Positions 18,209-26,146 of a DNA stretch of 64,000 nt are shown piece after piece. This DNA is from Firmicutes bacterium ADurb.Bin193 (GTDB taxonomy: Bacteria; Bacillota; Clostridia; Monoglobales; Firm-18): assembly GCA_002070105.1 (NCBI GenBank), contig MWCQ01000002.1, positions 193,496-257,495 on the forward strand, read 5' to 3'. The position numbers and the translations under genes were made by a program. Each line of letters begins with the position of its first letter. Within the stretch, counting starts at the first letter, position 1. Under the pieces are notes generated by a model. It was given only the letters and a program-made list of their open reading frames with translations. It was not told where the DNA came from and made no database searches.

Positions 18209-18530
18209 CCTCTTCTCTCCTCTCAAAATTTATACATCTGCATTCGCTGTCGCCGTAAAGCCCCGCTATAACTTTTACAGCCTTGCGCTTGCATTTGCCG
18301 ATAACCTCCGCCGTGTTGTATCTGCAGTCCTTTCTCTCACAAAATATATTGCGCTCCGAAAAGCTTTTAAGCTCTCCCTCGGTTTGGACATACTCGGAAC
18401 AAAACGCCGTGCAGTGCGTAAGGTATTCTTCCTTTGCCCCGGCGGGAAGCATAAGCTTTATATGCTCCATAGCAGTGCAGTCGCCGCCGTATTGGTTCGC
18501 GCAGTTGTAATTGTTACATTTAATGTTCAT
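18201..18530 (-). CDS. Cys-rich protein with DUF1540-like repeats
   Basis: The probable start is MNIKCNNYNCANQYGGDC. A second similar unit reads IFCERKDCRYNTAEVIGKC. Confidence 0.5.
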   Translation of the reverse strand: MNIKCNNYNCANQYGGDCTAMEHIKLMLPAGAKEEYLTHCTAFCSEYVQTEGELKSFSERNIFCERKDCRYNTAEVIGKCKRKAVKVIAGLYGDSECRCINFERREEDG

Positions 18531-18723
18531 CTCGCTTGCCCTCCTCCATAAGCCGTTCAATCTCTTTCTTATACTTATCTCCCTTGCGAATGCCGTATAG
18601 AATGCGATACAGATAACCTTTTGTTATCCCAAGCTGTGCCGCCAAATCTGTACCCATCATATTACAATCAATAAGCCACTTAACCACCTTTGCGCCGAAA
18701 TCAGTGTATGTCCTTTTCCTCAT
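18520..18723 (-). CDS. Small HTH protein
   Basis: 67 aa with the HTH-like segment GTDLAAQLGITKGYLYRILYG. Confidence 0.55.
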   Translation of the reverse strand: MRKRTYTDFGAKVVKWLIDCNMMGTDLAAQLGITKGYLYRILYGIRKGDKYKKEIERLMEEGKRDEH

Positions 18724-18737
18724 TTCATCACCGTCCT

Positions 18738-18995
18738 TTATTGATATACCGCCGCAATAGCCTTGTGGTCATAAAAAGCCCCCGGCGCTGAAAAATCTTT
18801 GCCTAAAAACCACCTATGGCAATCCTCAATGTTATAAAAATACTTAATCCGCTTTTTCCCTTTGACCGCAATATACGGCATTCCCATTTTCCTCCACCGT
18901 GTAAAAACGCCGAATTCATTCGTACAAAGTGACTCCATTGCCACAGCAGTTTCGACATAAACCTTTCCTTCAATCATAAGCCGTTTTATTTTCAA
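18738..18995 (-). CDS. Hypothetical early protein
   Basis: 85-aa ORF in the early operon. No family recognised. Confidence 0.45.
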   Translation of the reverse strand: MKIKRLMIEGKVYVETAVAMESLCTNEFGVFTRWRKMGMPYIAVKGKKRIKYFYNIEDCHRWFLGKDFSAPGAFYDHKAIAAVYQ

Positions 18996-19014
18996 TATTT
19001 AGTTGCCTCCTCAT

Positions 19015-19407
19015 CTAAAATATTAACTTGTTAAAAACATCCGCCGCAATTGCTGTCTTACTGTCGGCGGTTACGCAGATCGCCTTATTTCCGCCGCCTT
19101 CAAAGCTCACGCGTACAAGCTCGCCATCTTTATCCTTAATATACTCCACCTTTAAAACCTCGGGCGCCGCTGACCTGATCGCCGATGCAAGTTCACCCTC
19201 CACAAACTGCTTTTTGCCGCAATAAACCCTCTTTCCGATAAAACGCGGACAATTATAATATTGTCCTGTGCAACACCGCCTTACAATACCCTCAGCTACA
19301 TCAAGCGGATAACCTATTACAGCGTTAGAGCATTTAACACTTGCGGTGCCCAACTCAGGAAAAACCTTAATGCCTCCGTAAAACCGACACCGCGCCTTTT
19401 TAGCCAT
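19015..19407 (-). CDS. Hypothetical early protein (Cys-rich N-terminus)
   Basis: 130-aa ORF. No family recognised. Confidence 0.45.
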   Translation of the reverse strand: MAKKARCRFYGGIKVFPELGTASVKCSNAVIGYPLDVAEGIVRRCCTGQYYNCPRFIGKRVYCGKKQFVEGELASAIRSAAPEVLKVEYIKDKDGELVRVSFEGGGNKAICVTADSKTAIAADVFNKLIF

Positions 19408-19467
19408 TTACCCTACCCCCTTGTCATATTTAGATAGTTGCGCCATTTGCACCTTAATTAAATTGCT

Positions 19468-19740
19468 TCAGTCGGTGCATGGTGTTTGCAGTACGGCTTC
19501 AGCTAAAGCTGTAGCAACAGCGGCCACATGAATTGCTTCTTTGTAAATTTTATCAAGCCCGCCTTTTTCGGGGTGCGTGGGGTTGTGAAAACAGGTTTCA
19601 TTAACAGCCTCGCACAGCTCCCCAAACTCTTCACCAAGTATGCTCATCCACTCGAACGGATGATTTCCGCTTTGGTCACCCCACTTATCATCTTGGCGTT
19701 TTCTCTCTGTTTTTATCGCCTTTAAAACTTTTTCAGTCAT
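19468..19740 (-). CDS. MazG-like nucleotide pyrophosphohydrolase
   Basis: From MTEKVLKAIK: ERKRQDDKWGDQ...WMSILGEEFGELCEAVNE is the typical all-alpha NTP-PPase (MazG-like) pattern. Confidence 0.6.
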   Translation of the reverse strand: MTEKVLKAIKTERKRQDDKWGDQSGNHPFEWMSILGEEFGELCEAVNETCFHNPTHPEKGGLDKIYKEAIHVAAVATALAEAVLQTPCTD

Positions 19741-19954
19741 TCTCTTTCGCCTCCAATCCTCGCCCGCACATAGGACAAGAAACAATTTTTGTGGGCGTAA
19801 AGTCCTCAATTTCTAAAAAGTACATTCCGTTTGTCTTGAAAATTCTCGGTCTTTTACGGTACACAGATGAATTTTTTTCACATTCAATATGCTCAAAAAA
19901 CTCCTCGCCATAACCGTTGATATCACCGTTTTCACAATGTTTACACATACCCAT
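19733..19954 (-). CDS. Small Zn-finger protein
   Basis: CKHCENG ... CPMCG cysteine pairs. The start is ATG 19954 or 19948. Confidence 0.45.
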   Translation of the reverse strand: MGMCKHCENGDINGYGEEFFEHIECEKNSSVYRKRPRIFKTNGMYFLEIEDFTPTKIVSCPMCGRGLEAKEND

Positions 19955-19961
19955 TCCCCTT

Positions 19962-20279
19962 TCATATCCCCTTATCACCCTTCAGCCCGTAAATTTTTCC
20001 GAAACAATTGAACATTTTAAGCATGTCGACCATAGCTTTATCTTTTTCGCAAGCCTTCTTAATGTCCGCCTCGGTTAGCTCCGTATATTCCAGTAACCGC
20101 TCTATATGGTCTTTTAGCTGTTGGTTTTCAGCCTGCAAAGTATATAGTTCGGCTTTTAATGCTCTGTTTTCGCGGGTAATCTCTGCAGATGCCGCCCGGT
20201 GAATATCTATTGCCCTTTGCATTGCGACTCTCTTTTTCTCAAAGTGCTTTTCGGCCGCGTCAAATTTCTTCCCCTTCAT
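19962..20279 (-). CDS. Coiled-coil early protein
   Basis: 105 aa, heptad-rich (ENRALKAELYTLQAENQQLKDHIERL). Confidence 0.5.
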   Translation of the reverse strand: MKGKKFDAAEKHFEKKRVAMQRAIDIHRAASAEITRENRALKAELYTLQAENQQLKDHIERLLEYTELTEADIKKACEKDKAMVDMLKMFNCFGKIYGLKGDKGI

Positions 20280-20434
20280 CGACCTAAGCCTCCTTGCGTG
20301 TTTCTTCTAAAAAGCTCCTCTTCGTACCACTCTCGAGGATACCCACCGACAGGAACCGTGCCGATACTGTCAAACCGCAAGGCGTTTTCGAGCTCCTGAA
20401 CCGTTAACCGCTCCAATAGTGCCGTTCGTGCCAT
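20276..20434 (-). CDS. Small hypothetical ORF (52 aa)
   Basis: AGGAGG lies 9 nt upstream of the ATG. The stop forms an ATGA overlap with the next gene. Absent from the ORF track. Confidence 0.45.
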   Translation of the reverse strand: MARTALLERLTVQELENALRFDSIGTVPVGGYPREWYEEELFRRNTQGGLGR

Positions 20435-20471
20435 AGGTTACATCCCTCCTTTCTCAAAAATTAAACTTGTT

Positions 20472-20774
20472 TTATTGCTTTAGTATAGAAAGCCCGTAAT
20501 CGCGGGCCTCATATTGCCAACCCTTAACGCTGAACCGAAAATAATTCCAATCGGTTGCCTCATACCAACAAACATCTTCAATTTTGATTGAACCATATTC
20601 AAAGCCAAACTCCTCGCTTATAAGGGCTTTTGCTTCCTGGTCAGAAAGAACCATAACCTTTATCGGCTTCCCGTGGTTGTCTATTGTGATTAAGTCGTGC
20701 TCTGCATATACCTTGTTTGCGTTCCCCATTCCTACGATTATACTGTTCATAAACTGCTGTCTGCTCGTTGCCAA
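20472..20774 (-). CDS. First early-operon protein, hypothetical
   Basis: 100 aa. TTG start preceded by AAGGAGG. Confidence 0.5.
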   Translation of the reverse strand: MATSRQQFMNSIIVGMGNANKVYAEHDLITIDNHGKPIKVMVLSDQEAKALISEEFGFEYGSIKIEDVCWYEATDWNYFRFSVKGWQYEARDYGLSILKQ

Positions 20775-20984
20775 ATCGTGCCGCCTCCTTTCCTATAAGA
20801 TAAAAGCCCTGTAAAAATCGTCTCCATAAAAACCCATAAAATAGTAGCTTTTTTGTTTTTCTTGTAGTATAATGTTGTTTGGTGGGTCACTTGTAAGCCA
20901 TTAAGCATATTATATTCCCCTTTTGGGGATTTGTCAATATATTTTTACTCGTTTAGGGATAATATTTTTTAAGGAGTTGTTTTT
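20775..20984. promoter_or_regulatory. Divergent repressor / early-operon control region
   Basis: 210-bp AT-rich gap between the oppositely oriented repressor and early genes. It contains TATAAT at 20868-20873 on the plus strand. Operators were not resolved. Confidence 0.4.
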
Positions 20985-21338
20985 ATGGAAATAAACCGCA
21001 GGATTATCGAAGAATTAGATAAAAAATCTTTAAGACAAACACAATTATGTGAGTATATTAAAGTAGCAAATTCAACATTAAATAACTGGCTTAAATTAAA
21101 TCGAAGTATTCCAGCGGAATATATATTCCCCATATCCGAATTTTTAGAAATTGATCCTATATATTTATTAACAGGCAAAGGTGCTTCATTAACAAAAGAT
21201 GAAAAAGAATTACTACATATATATAAAAATTTAGATGAAAGGGGTAAAACTATGGTAAGAGCAAAAGCCTTTGAAGAATCAGACAGAATGCTGGGGAAGA
21301 ATTTCAAGGAAGAGTATGGCAAAGAAATAATAGGTTGA
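20985..21338 (+). CDS. XRE-family HTH repressor (prophage c-like)
   Basis: HTH LRQTQLCEYIKVANSTLNNWLKLNRSIP. Divergent from the early operon. Good RBS. Confidence 0.8.
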   Translation: MEINRRIIEELDKKSLRQTQLCEYIKVANSTLNNWLKLNRSIPAEYIFPISEFLEIDPIYLLTGKGASLTKDEKELLHIYKNLDERGKTMVRAKAFEESDRMLGKNFKEEYGKEIIG

Positions 21339-21393
21339 TTAAACGCTCGGGAAATATCATATATTTAGAATTTTAGTTAAAAGGAGTGATCTC

Positions 21394-22209
21394 ATGTATT
21401 GTAAAAAATGTGGCGCAGAATGCACAGAAGATTCTGTGTTTTGTTTTAAATGTGGTGAATCTATAGAAAACATACCAATTAACAGTGAATCTGCAACAAC
21501 CTTTACAGAAACAATACCAACCGCAGAAACCTCTAATGTAGTTCCTTCTGTAACCTTTAATCCATATGCTAAAAAGCCAAAAAGAGGTTGGGCAGTCTTC
21601 GCGGTTATCTTTGCCTCTTTTGTTGTGATTAGTGCTATTGGAGGAATACTGTCTTCTAAAAATTCACCAGCATCAAGCGCATATGTAACTGCAACCTCCT
21701 CATCAGCAGAACAGGAAGCTGAATTTACAAGAATTTTAGTTGAGCTGGAAGCGGGCGAATTTCAAAAAATTACTTTTGATGATCTGCTTGATTATTATGA
21801 TGATGCAAAAGGGTATAGAGTACAGACTTCGCTTGTAAACAATATAATCTTATATCTAAATCAAGATGGGTCTATAAAAAACATACGATATGCGGATAAA
21901 GATTTATTAATAAATGGCACTATTAAAATGAAAATAACTGATATAATAGTAACATTTGATGAGAAAAATGCATTAAATATATCCTGCAAAAAAACTATTG
22001 AAGGCTTGCTAAAATCGCCATCAACAGCAAAATTCGCTGCCTTTAATGACTGGCAATTTAAAAAAGAGAATGGAGTAACCTATGTGCAGGCTTATGTCGA
22101 TGCGCAAAATGGTTTCGGCGCACAAATAAGAAGCAACTTCCAATTTAAGATTAAAGATCAGAAAGTTATTTCCCTTATATTCGACGGGCAAGAATACATA
22201 AAAAAATAA
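21394..22209 (+). CDS. Zn-ribbon / single-TM protein with an extracytoplasmic C-terminal domain (prophage moron)
   Basis: MYCKKCGAECTEDSVFCFKCG, then TM helix WAVFAVIFASFVVISAIGGIL, then a C-terminal domain containing SPSTAKF...YVDAQNGFGAQIRS. Confidence 0.7.
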   Translation: MYCKKCGAECTEDSVFCFKCGESIENIPINSESATTFTETIPTAETSNVVPSVTFNPYAKKPKRGWAVFAVIFASFVVISAIGGILSSKNSPASSAYVTATSSSAEQEAEFTRILVELEAGEFQKITFDDLLDYYDDAKGYRVQTSLVNNIILYLNQDGSIKNIRYADKDLLINGTIKMKITDIIVTFDEKNALNISCKKTIEGLLKSPSTAKFAAFNDWQFKKENGVTYVQAYVDAQNGFGAQIRSNFQFKIKDQKVISLIFDGQEYIKK

Positions 22210-22283
22210 CTGTTTAGTTGACCGTTAAAAGGTGTTGAAAAACACATTAAAAGCCTTGCAAAACATCGATTAAAAAAACGGTC

Positions 22284-22631
22284 TTTAACGCCTATAATAC
22301 AGCTTTAATACAAGGGTCTAAAATGTAATTATCTAGTTAAAAAACAGGCTTTTTTTATTAAAAATCCGCCTTTTTACACCAAGATCCAAAATTTAAAAAA
22401 ACCGCGAAAGCCGTATAAACAGGGCAATGGGACAGGTTTTATAAAAAACACAGCTTTGTCCCATTGCCCTTGTTAAAAAATATCCTTATTTTCAAAGCTT
22501 TTTGCATTAAAAAACAGTTAACCGTTAAATTTCTAAAACGCCAAAAACGCCTATTTAACGCAGTTTTATTGCTGTTGTTATTTTTTTTAACGCAATTCGT
22601 TATAATTTTTAACGAATTATTTAACGCAACA
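22284..22631 (-). repeat. Candidate transposase-binding repeats at the prophage c end
   Basis: TTTAACGC on the plus strand (GCGTTAAA on the minus strand) at 22284, 22554, 22586 and 22620, all in one orientation. The last is followed by ...CAACA, so the minus strand would start 5'-TGTTGCGTTAAA. Confidence 0.4.
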
Positions 22632-22930
22632 AAAAAAGAGCTCCCAAAAGGCTCGTCTTGGAATTTTATCTAAAATTTCTCATTATTCATGTCAATCGTT
22701 CCTAAACCCCTAATCCCATAAAAACCCCGATAATACCGGACTTTCCCGCACTTTCCCGGATAACCTCTTTTCCAATGGGATTTCTCATTCACCTTGTAAA
22801 TTCACAGAAAAACTATTGTAAATCCGTTATGTTTTTATTAAGATTCTTCGCTGCGCTCAGAATGACAACCCTTGTTCAACGGCTCAGTTTTTTAACCATG
22901 CGCATAAAATACGGTATTCGTTAACATAAA

Positions 22931-23159
22931 TAAAGCTTTCGGGCACATAGCACTTTCCGAAACGCAACCGCTCGCCGCGCGAGCTTGAGCGTAGGCGGAT
23001 TTATTCCGCCGTAGCGCAGAAATTACGCGTTTTTTGTGTAATTTCATATAATTAAAAAGCGTTCGGGCGCATAACACTTTCCCAAACGCAACCACTCGCC
23101 GCGCGAGTGGATTCATTTCCGCCGAAGCGTAAAAATTGCACATACTTGCGCAATTTCTC
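22931..23159 (+). repeat. Two diverged tandem copies of the ~125-bp hairpin-rich element family, inverted relative to 52521-52929
   Basis: Shared blocks AAAGCGTTCGGGCGC, CTCGCCGCGCGAG, CGCCGAAGCG and TTGCGCAATTTC align with the reverse complement of the 126-bp unit. Confidence 0.7.
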
Positions 23160-23165
23160 ATAAAT

Positions 23166-23210
23166 TAAAAAAAAGGCTTTAACCCCGCCGAAAACGGTTG
23201 TTAAAGCCTT
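23166..23210 (-). terminator. Rho-independent terminator of gene 23279..23506
   Basis: Minus strand: AAGGCTTTAAC...GTTAAAGCCTT stem followed by a T9 run. Confidence 0.7.
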
Positions 23211-23278
23211 GATACTTAAATTTTTATTGTTTTATAGGTAAATCCGAAAACGCCCTAAGCACGGGCAAGCCCCTGCGC

Positions 23279-23506
23279 TTAAATGCAAAAATCCTCCTGC
23301 GCTATACGGGAACGATCAAGCCCGCGTTTGCGCCTTGCAGTCTTTGCCATAATATCGAGTGAAAACTTTTTGCATACAAAGTCGGCGAAAACAATCCCTC
23401 GCTTTTGGCAGGAGAGTTCTTTTAAACCGCTTAATTTTCTTGAATATATACATATAGAACAGCTTGGCTTTTGTTCATCCGTGTTAATTTTAATAATACT
23501 TTGCAT
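23279..23506 (-). CDS. Small Cys-containing hypothetical protein
   Basis: 75-aa ORF with its own downstream terminator. No family recognised. Confidence 0.5.
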   Translation of the reverse strand: MQSIIKINTDEQKPSCSICIYSRKLSGLKELSCQKRGIVFADFVCKKFSLDIMAKTARRKRGLDRSRIAQEDFCI

Positions 23507-23761
23507 TAGAGTTCACCTCTTGATAGAATACACTAACATATTTAATATAACATAAGCGCAATTCGTAGTCGAATTGCTTCACACCGTTTCAACAAATGCA
23601 TCGGGATAAAGCCGGCAAGGCTTTATTACATCTTATGTATTTATTATAACATATTGTCGGTTTTTGTCAATATTGTTACACTTACACAAACAGTTTGACA
23701 TTGTTTTTATATAATGATAATATCTATTTAAGAATTATTATTTGAAAGAGGGTATTATTTA

Positions 23762-26065
23762 ATGAGGCTGATAAAAATTTTGTCGGTTTTCCTTGCTTTT
23801 TGCCTTATAATTTCGGTATTTCCGCCGTTTTCCGCCGAAGAGGCGGACCAAACACTTACAGCAAGAATCGTTACCGACCAATCGTCGATTAACGAGGGCG
23901 GTATACTGGAAATATCTTATTTTATTGACTTTCCCACGCCAATAACGGGCGGCGCGGTGGTTTTCACGCTTCCCGAGGGCGTGTTTTTAAGTGAGGGCAG
24001 TGAGTACATATGGGCGCAGGGAATTACGGGAAACAATGAAGACGGCTCCTTTACGCTTGAAGCCGAGCAGGCGTTTGACAGTGAAACCCCGATATTAAAG
24101 CTTAAGCTTAATGTGAGCGAGGATGTATTGTCGGAGACCGAAACATCCAAAGAAGTAAAGATAGCCATAAATGCCGAGAGCACATATATAACAAGCGGCG
24201 GAGTTAACCTTTACCCTGCGGAGGGTGTCGAAGCCGAGGTTACCGTTAATTCCGTGCTGATAAGCGGTGAGATTGATATTATCGGCGAGCTTGAATCCGT
24301 TGAAGATGTTTTTGCAAAGCTTGAATCCGAGGGCGATTCTTATGACCTTACGCTTGAAATTGTTGACGGAAAAATTACATTTGCGCCTGTCAGGGCAAAG
24401 CTTCTTCCCTCCGACGAATATGCGCTTATCGTATCGGGCGACGGGTTTTTGACGGTTTCAACAGACTCCGTAAACATAAAAAACGGCTTTAATTTTACGG
24501 TGGACGGTTTTTATCCCGGTGATACAAACGGCGACGGATATATTGATTTTATCGATTTTAATTTCCTTTGCTCTTTTATCGGTAAGGACAAAACCGACAA
24601 CAACAAAGCGTGCGACCTAAACAGAGACGGGGAAATATCCGACAAAGACCTTGAATGCCTAATAAATTCATATAATGTGAAGGAAAAGGCGGTTTCCCCC
24701 GATGCGCCTCCTTCGGAGGATATGAACAACGAGCCTGTTGTTTATCTCGATGCATCGGACACAAATTTTGATTATCTTGCACACGACGATACCTTTAAGG
24801 TTTATGTCAAGGCAAGCTCGGTAAACACCACCGAAATATTTTCTTACAACCTTGCAATAGACTTTGATGAGAATATTATAGAAGCCGTTGAGATAAGGGG
24901 CACGGCAACAGACGGCGTTGACGGGTTAAACGACAAGACAATAGATAACGACAACGGACATATTGACTATTGGTACTCATTAAACGGCAAATATCCCTCA
25001 AATAAAACCCTTGCGATAATTACATTTAAGGTTTTGGACAATGACACCTGCGAGATTGAAATTAACGAGGACAAATCCCGCTTTTTCAGAAAGGCGGACG
25101 AAAACGGCGAGTGGAGCGCAATCGGAAATATTGAGTACGGTGACGACGACCGCGAGGCAAGACTTGAACTGGATATTAGGGACGAAGAGGTTCCTCCCCC
25201 CATATTTACCGACAATTTATCCTCCTCGCGTTTTTCTTCAAGCGCAAAGATAGGGTTTAAGGAAAGAACGGACGGGGCCGATATTTACTACACCTTCTCG
25301 ACCTCGTCAACTCCCGACGAGCTTTATGAGGAGCCGTTTACAATCCGAAACACTACGACAATAAGGGCGTTTGCCGAAATAAATGGGCGCCGCAGTAAGA
25401 TTGTCAGCAAAAAGTATACAAGAGTTGATGATGGTGGAGGCTCAGGCTCTTCGGGTAGCTATAATGTGATTACCTACCCGATACCGACGCCTACACCTAC
25501 ACCTGTGCCTACACCGGCATCTCCGCTTGAAGGGTATACTGACATCAATGGTCACTGGTCGGCGAATTATTTTGAAAAGCTTATAGAAAAGAAGATAATA
25601 AACGGATATGAGGACAATACTTTAAAGCCTGACAACCTCATTACCAGAGCAGAGGCGGCAAAAATAATAATAGCCGCACTCGGACTTGAGCCTGCCGCAT
25701 CGGTAAGTCTGCCGTTCTCCGATTCCGCGGAAATTCCCTCATGGGCGGGGGGATATGTAACGGTTGCGGCGGAAAAAGGAATAATAACAGGATATGAGGA
25801 CAACACCTTCAGGCCAAAGCAGAATATTTCGAGAAAAGAGCTTGTTGTACTTGCCGCCAGAGCATTTTTCATCGAAGGCAAAAGCGCGGAATCCCTCCCC
25901 TTCAGTGACAGTAGCGCCATTCCGGAATGGGCGGCAAAAAGCGTTGCGGCGGTTTTGGAAAAGGGCATAATAACGGGCTATGATGACAATACCTTCAGAC
26001 CCGACAACTTTGTTACAAGAGCAGAGGCATGCAAGATTATATCCCTCTGCATGGATTTGAAATGA
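23762..26065 (+). CDS. Cell-surface protein: signal peptide, cohesin-like domain(s), dockerin, PT linker, 3 SLH repeats
   Basis: Dockerin DTNGDGYIDFIDF...DLNRDGEISDKD. Cohesin-like LAIDFDENIIEAVEI. PTPTPTPVPTP linker. Three repeats of GYEDNTF/LRP...TRAEA, the SLH pattern. Confidence 0.85.
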   Translation: MRLIKILSVFLAFCLIISVFPPFSAEEADQTLTARIVTDQSSINEGGILEISYFIDFPTPITGGAVVFTLPEGVFLSEGSEYIWAQGITGNNEDGSFTLEAEQAFDSETPILKLKLNVSEDVLSETETSKEVKIAINAESTYITSGGVNLYPAEGVEAEVTVNSVLISGEIDIIGELESVEDVFAKLESEGDSYDLTLEIVDGKITFAPVRAKLLPSDEYALIVSGDGFLTVSTDSVNIKNGFNFTVDGFYPGDTNGDGYIDFIDFNFLCSFIGKDKTDNNKACDLNRDGEISDKDLECLINSYNVKEKAVSPDAPPSEDMNNEPVVYLDASDTNFDYLAHDDTFKVYVKASSVNTTEIFSYNLAIDFDENIIEAVEIRGTATDGVDGLNDKTIDNDNGHIDYWYSLNGKYPSNKTLAIITFKVLDNDTCEIEINEDKSRFFRKADENGEWSAIGNIEYGDDDREARLELDIRDEEVPPPIFTDNLSSSRFSSSAKIGFKERTDGADIYYTFSTSSTPDELYEEPFTIRNTTTIRAFAEINGRRSKIVSKKYTRVDDGGGSGSSGSYNVITYPIPTPTPTPVPTPASPLEGYTDINGHWSANYFEKLIEKKIINGYEDNTLKPDNLITRAEAAKIIIAALGLEPAASVSLPFSDSAEIPSWAGGYVTVAAEKGIITGYEDNTFRPKQNISRKELVVLAARAFFIEGKSAESLPFSDSSAIPEWAAKSVAAVLEKGIITGYDDNTFRPDNFVTRAEACKIISLCMDLK

Positions 26066-26080
26066 AATTTATAAAAACTA

Positions 26081-26109
26081 TTGCAAAACCGCTTGGGTTG
26101 TGTTATAAT
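26081..26109 (+). promoter_or_regulatory. Sigma-A type promoter of rpmE
   Basis: TTGCAA, 17-nt spacer, TATAAT, preceded by TGT (extended -10). About 38 nt upstream of the rpmE ATG. Confidence 0.6.
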
Positions 26110-26146
26110 CCTTATGTCAAAACGAAAGGCAAAGAGGTGATAATCG

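Larger units (their letters stand above)
1..22631 (-). mobile_element. Mu-like transposable prophage, partial; the tail end runs off the left edge and the c-end boundary near 22.63 kb is tentative
   Basis: Contiguous minus-strand phage modules: DDE transposase plus MuB-like ATPase, Mor, GemA-like, gp27-like, TerL, portal, MuF, capsid, sheath and tube. Divergent XRE repressor. Repeated TGCGTTAAA motifs at 22554-22631. Confidence 0.8.

Noticed and set aside
22422-22469. 13-bp perfect inverted repeat GGGCAATGGGACA...TGTCCCATTGCCC as the prophage end or a terminator
   Set aside because: The loop is 22 nt and there is no clear U-run. It lies between the internal and terminal TGCGTTAAA repeats, so it is more likely an internal structural or host-factor site. 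Its function is not assignable from sequence.
22892-23161. 89-aa ORF (and the 52434-52646 ORF) lying inside the repeat-element copies
   Set aside because: The sequence is the repeated hairpin element itself. The ORFs exist only because the GC-rich palindromes lack stops. They have no RBS, and frame is not preserved between copies.
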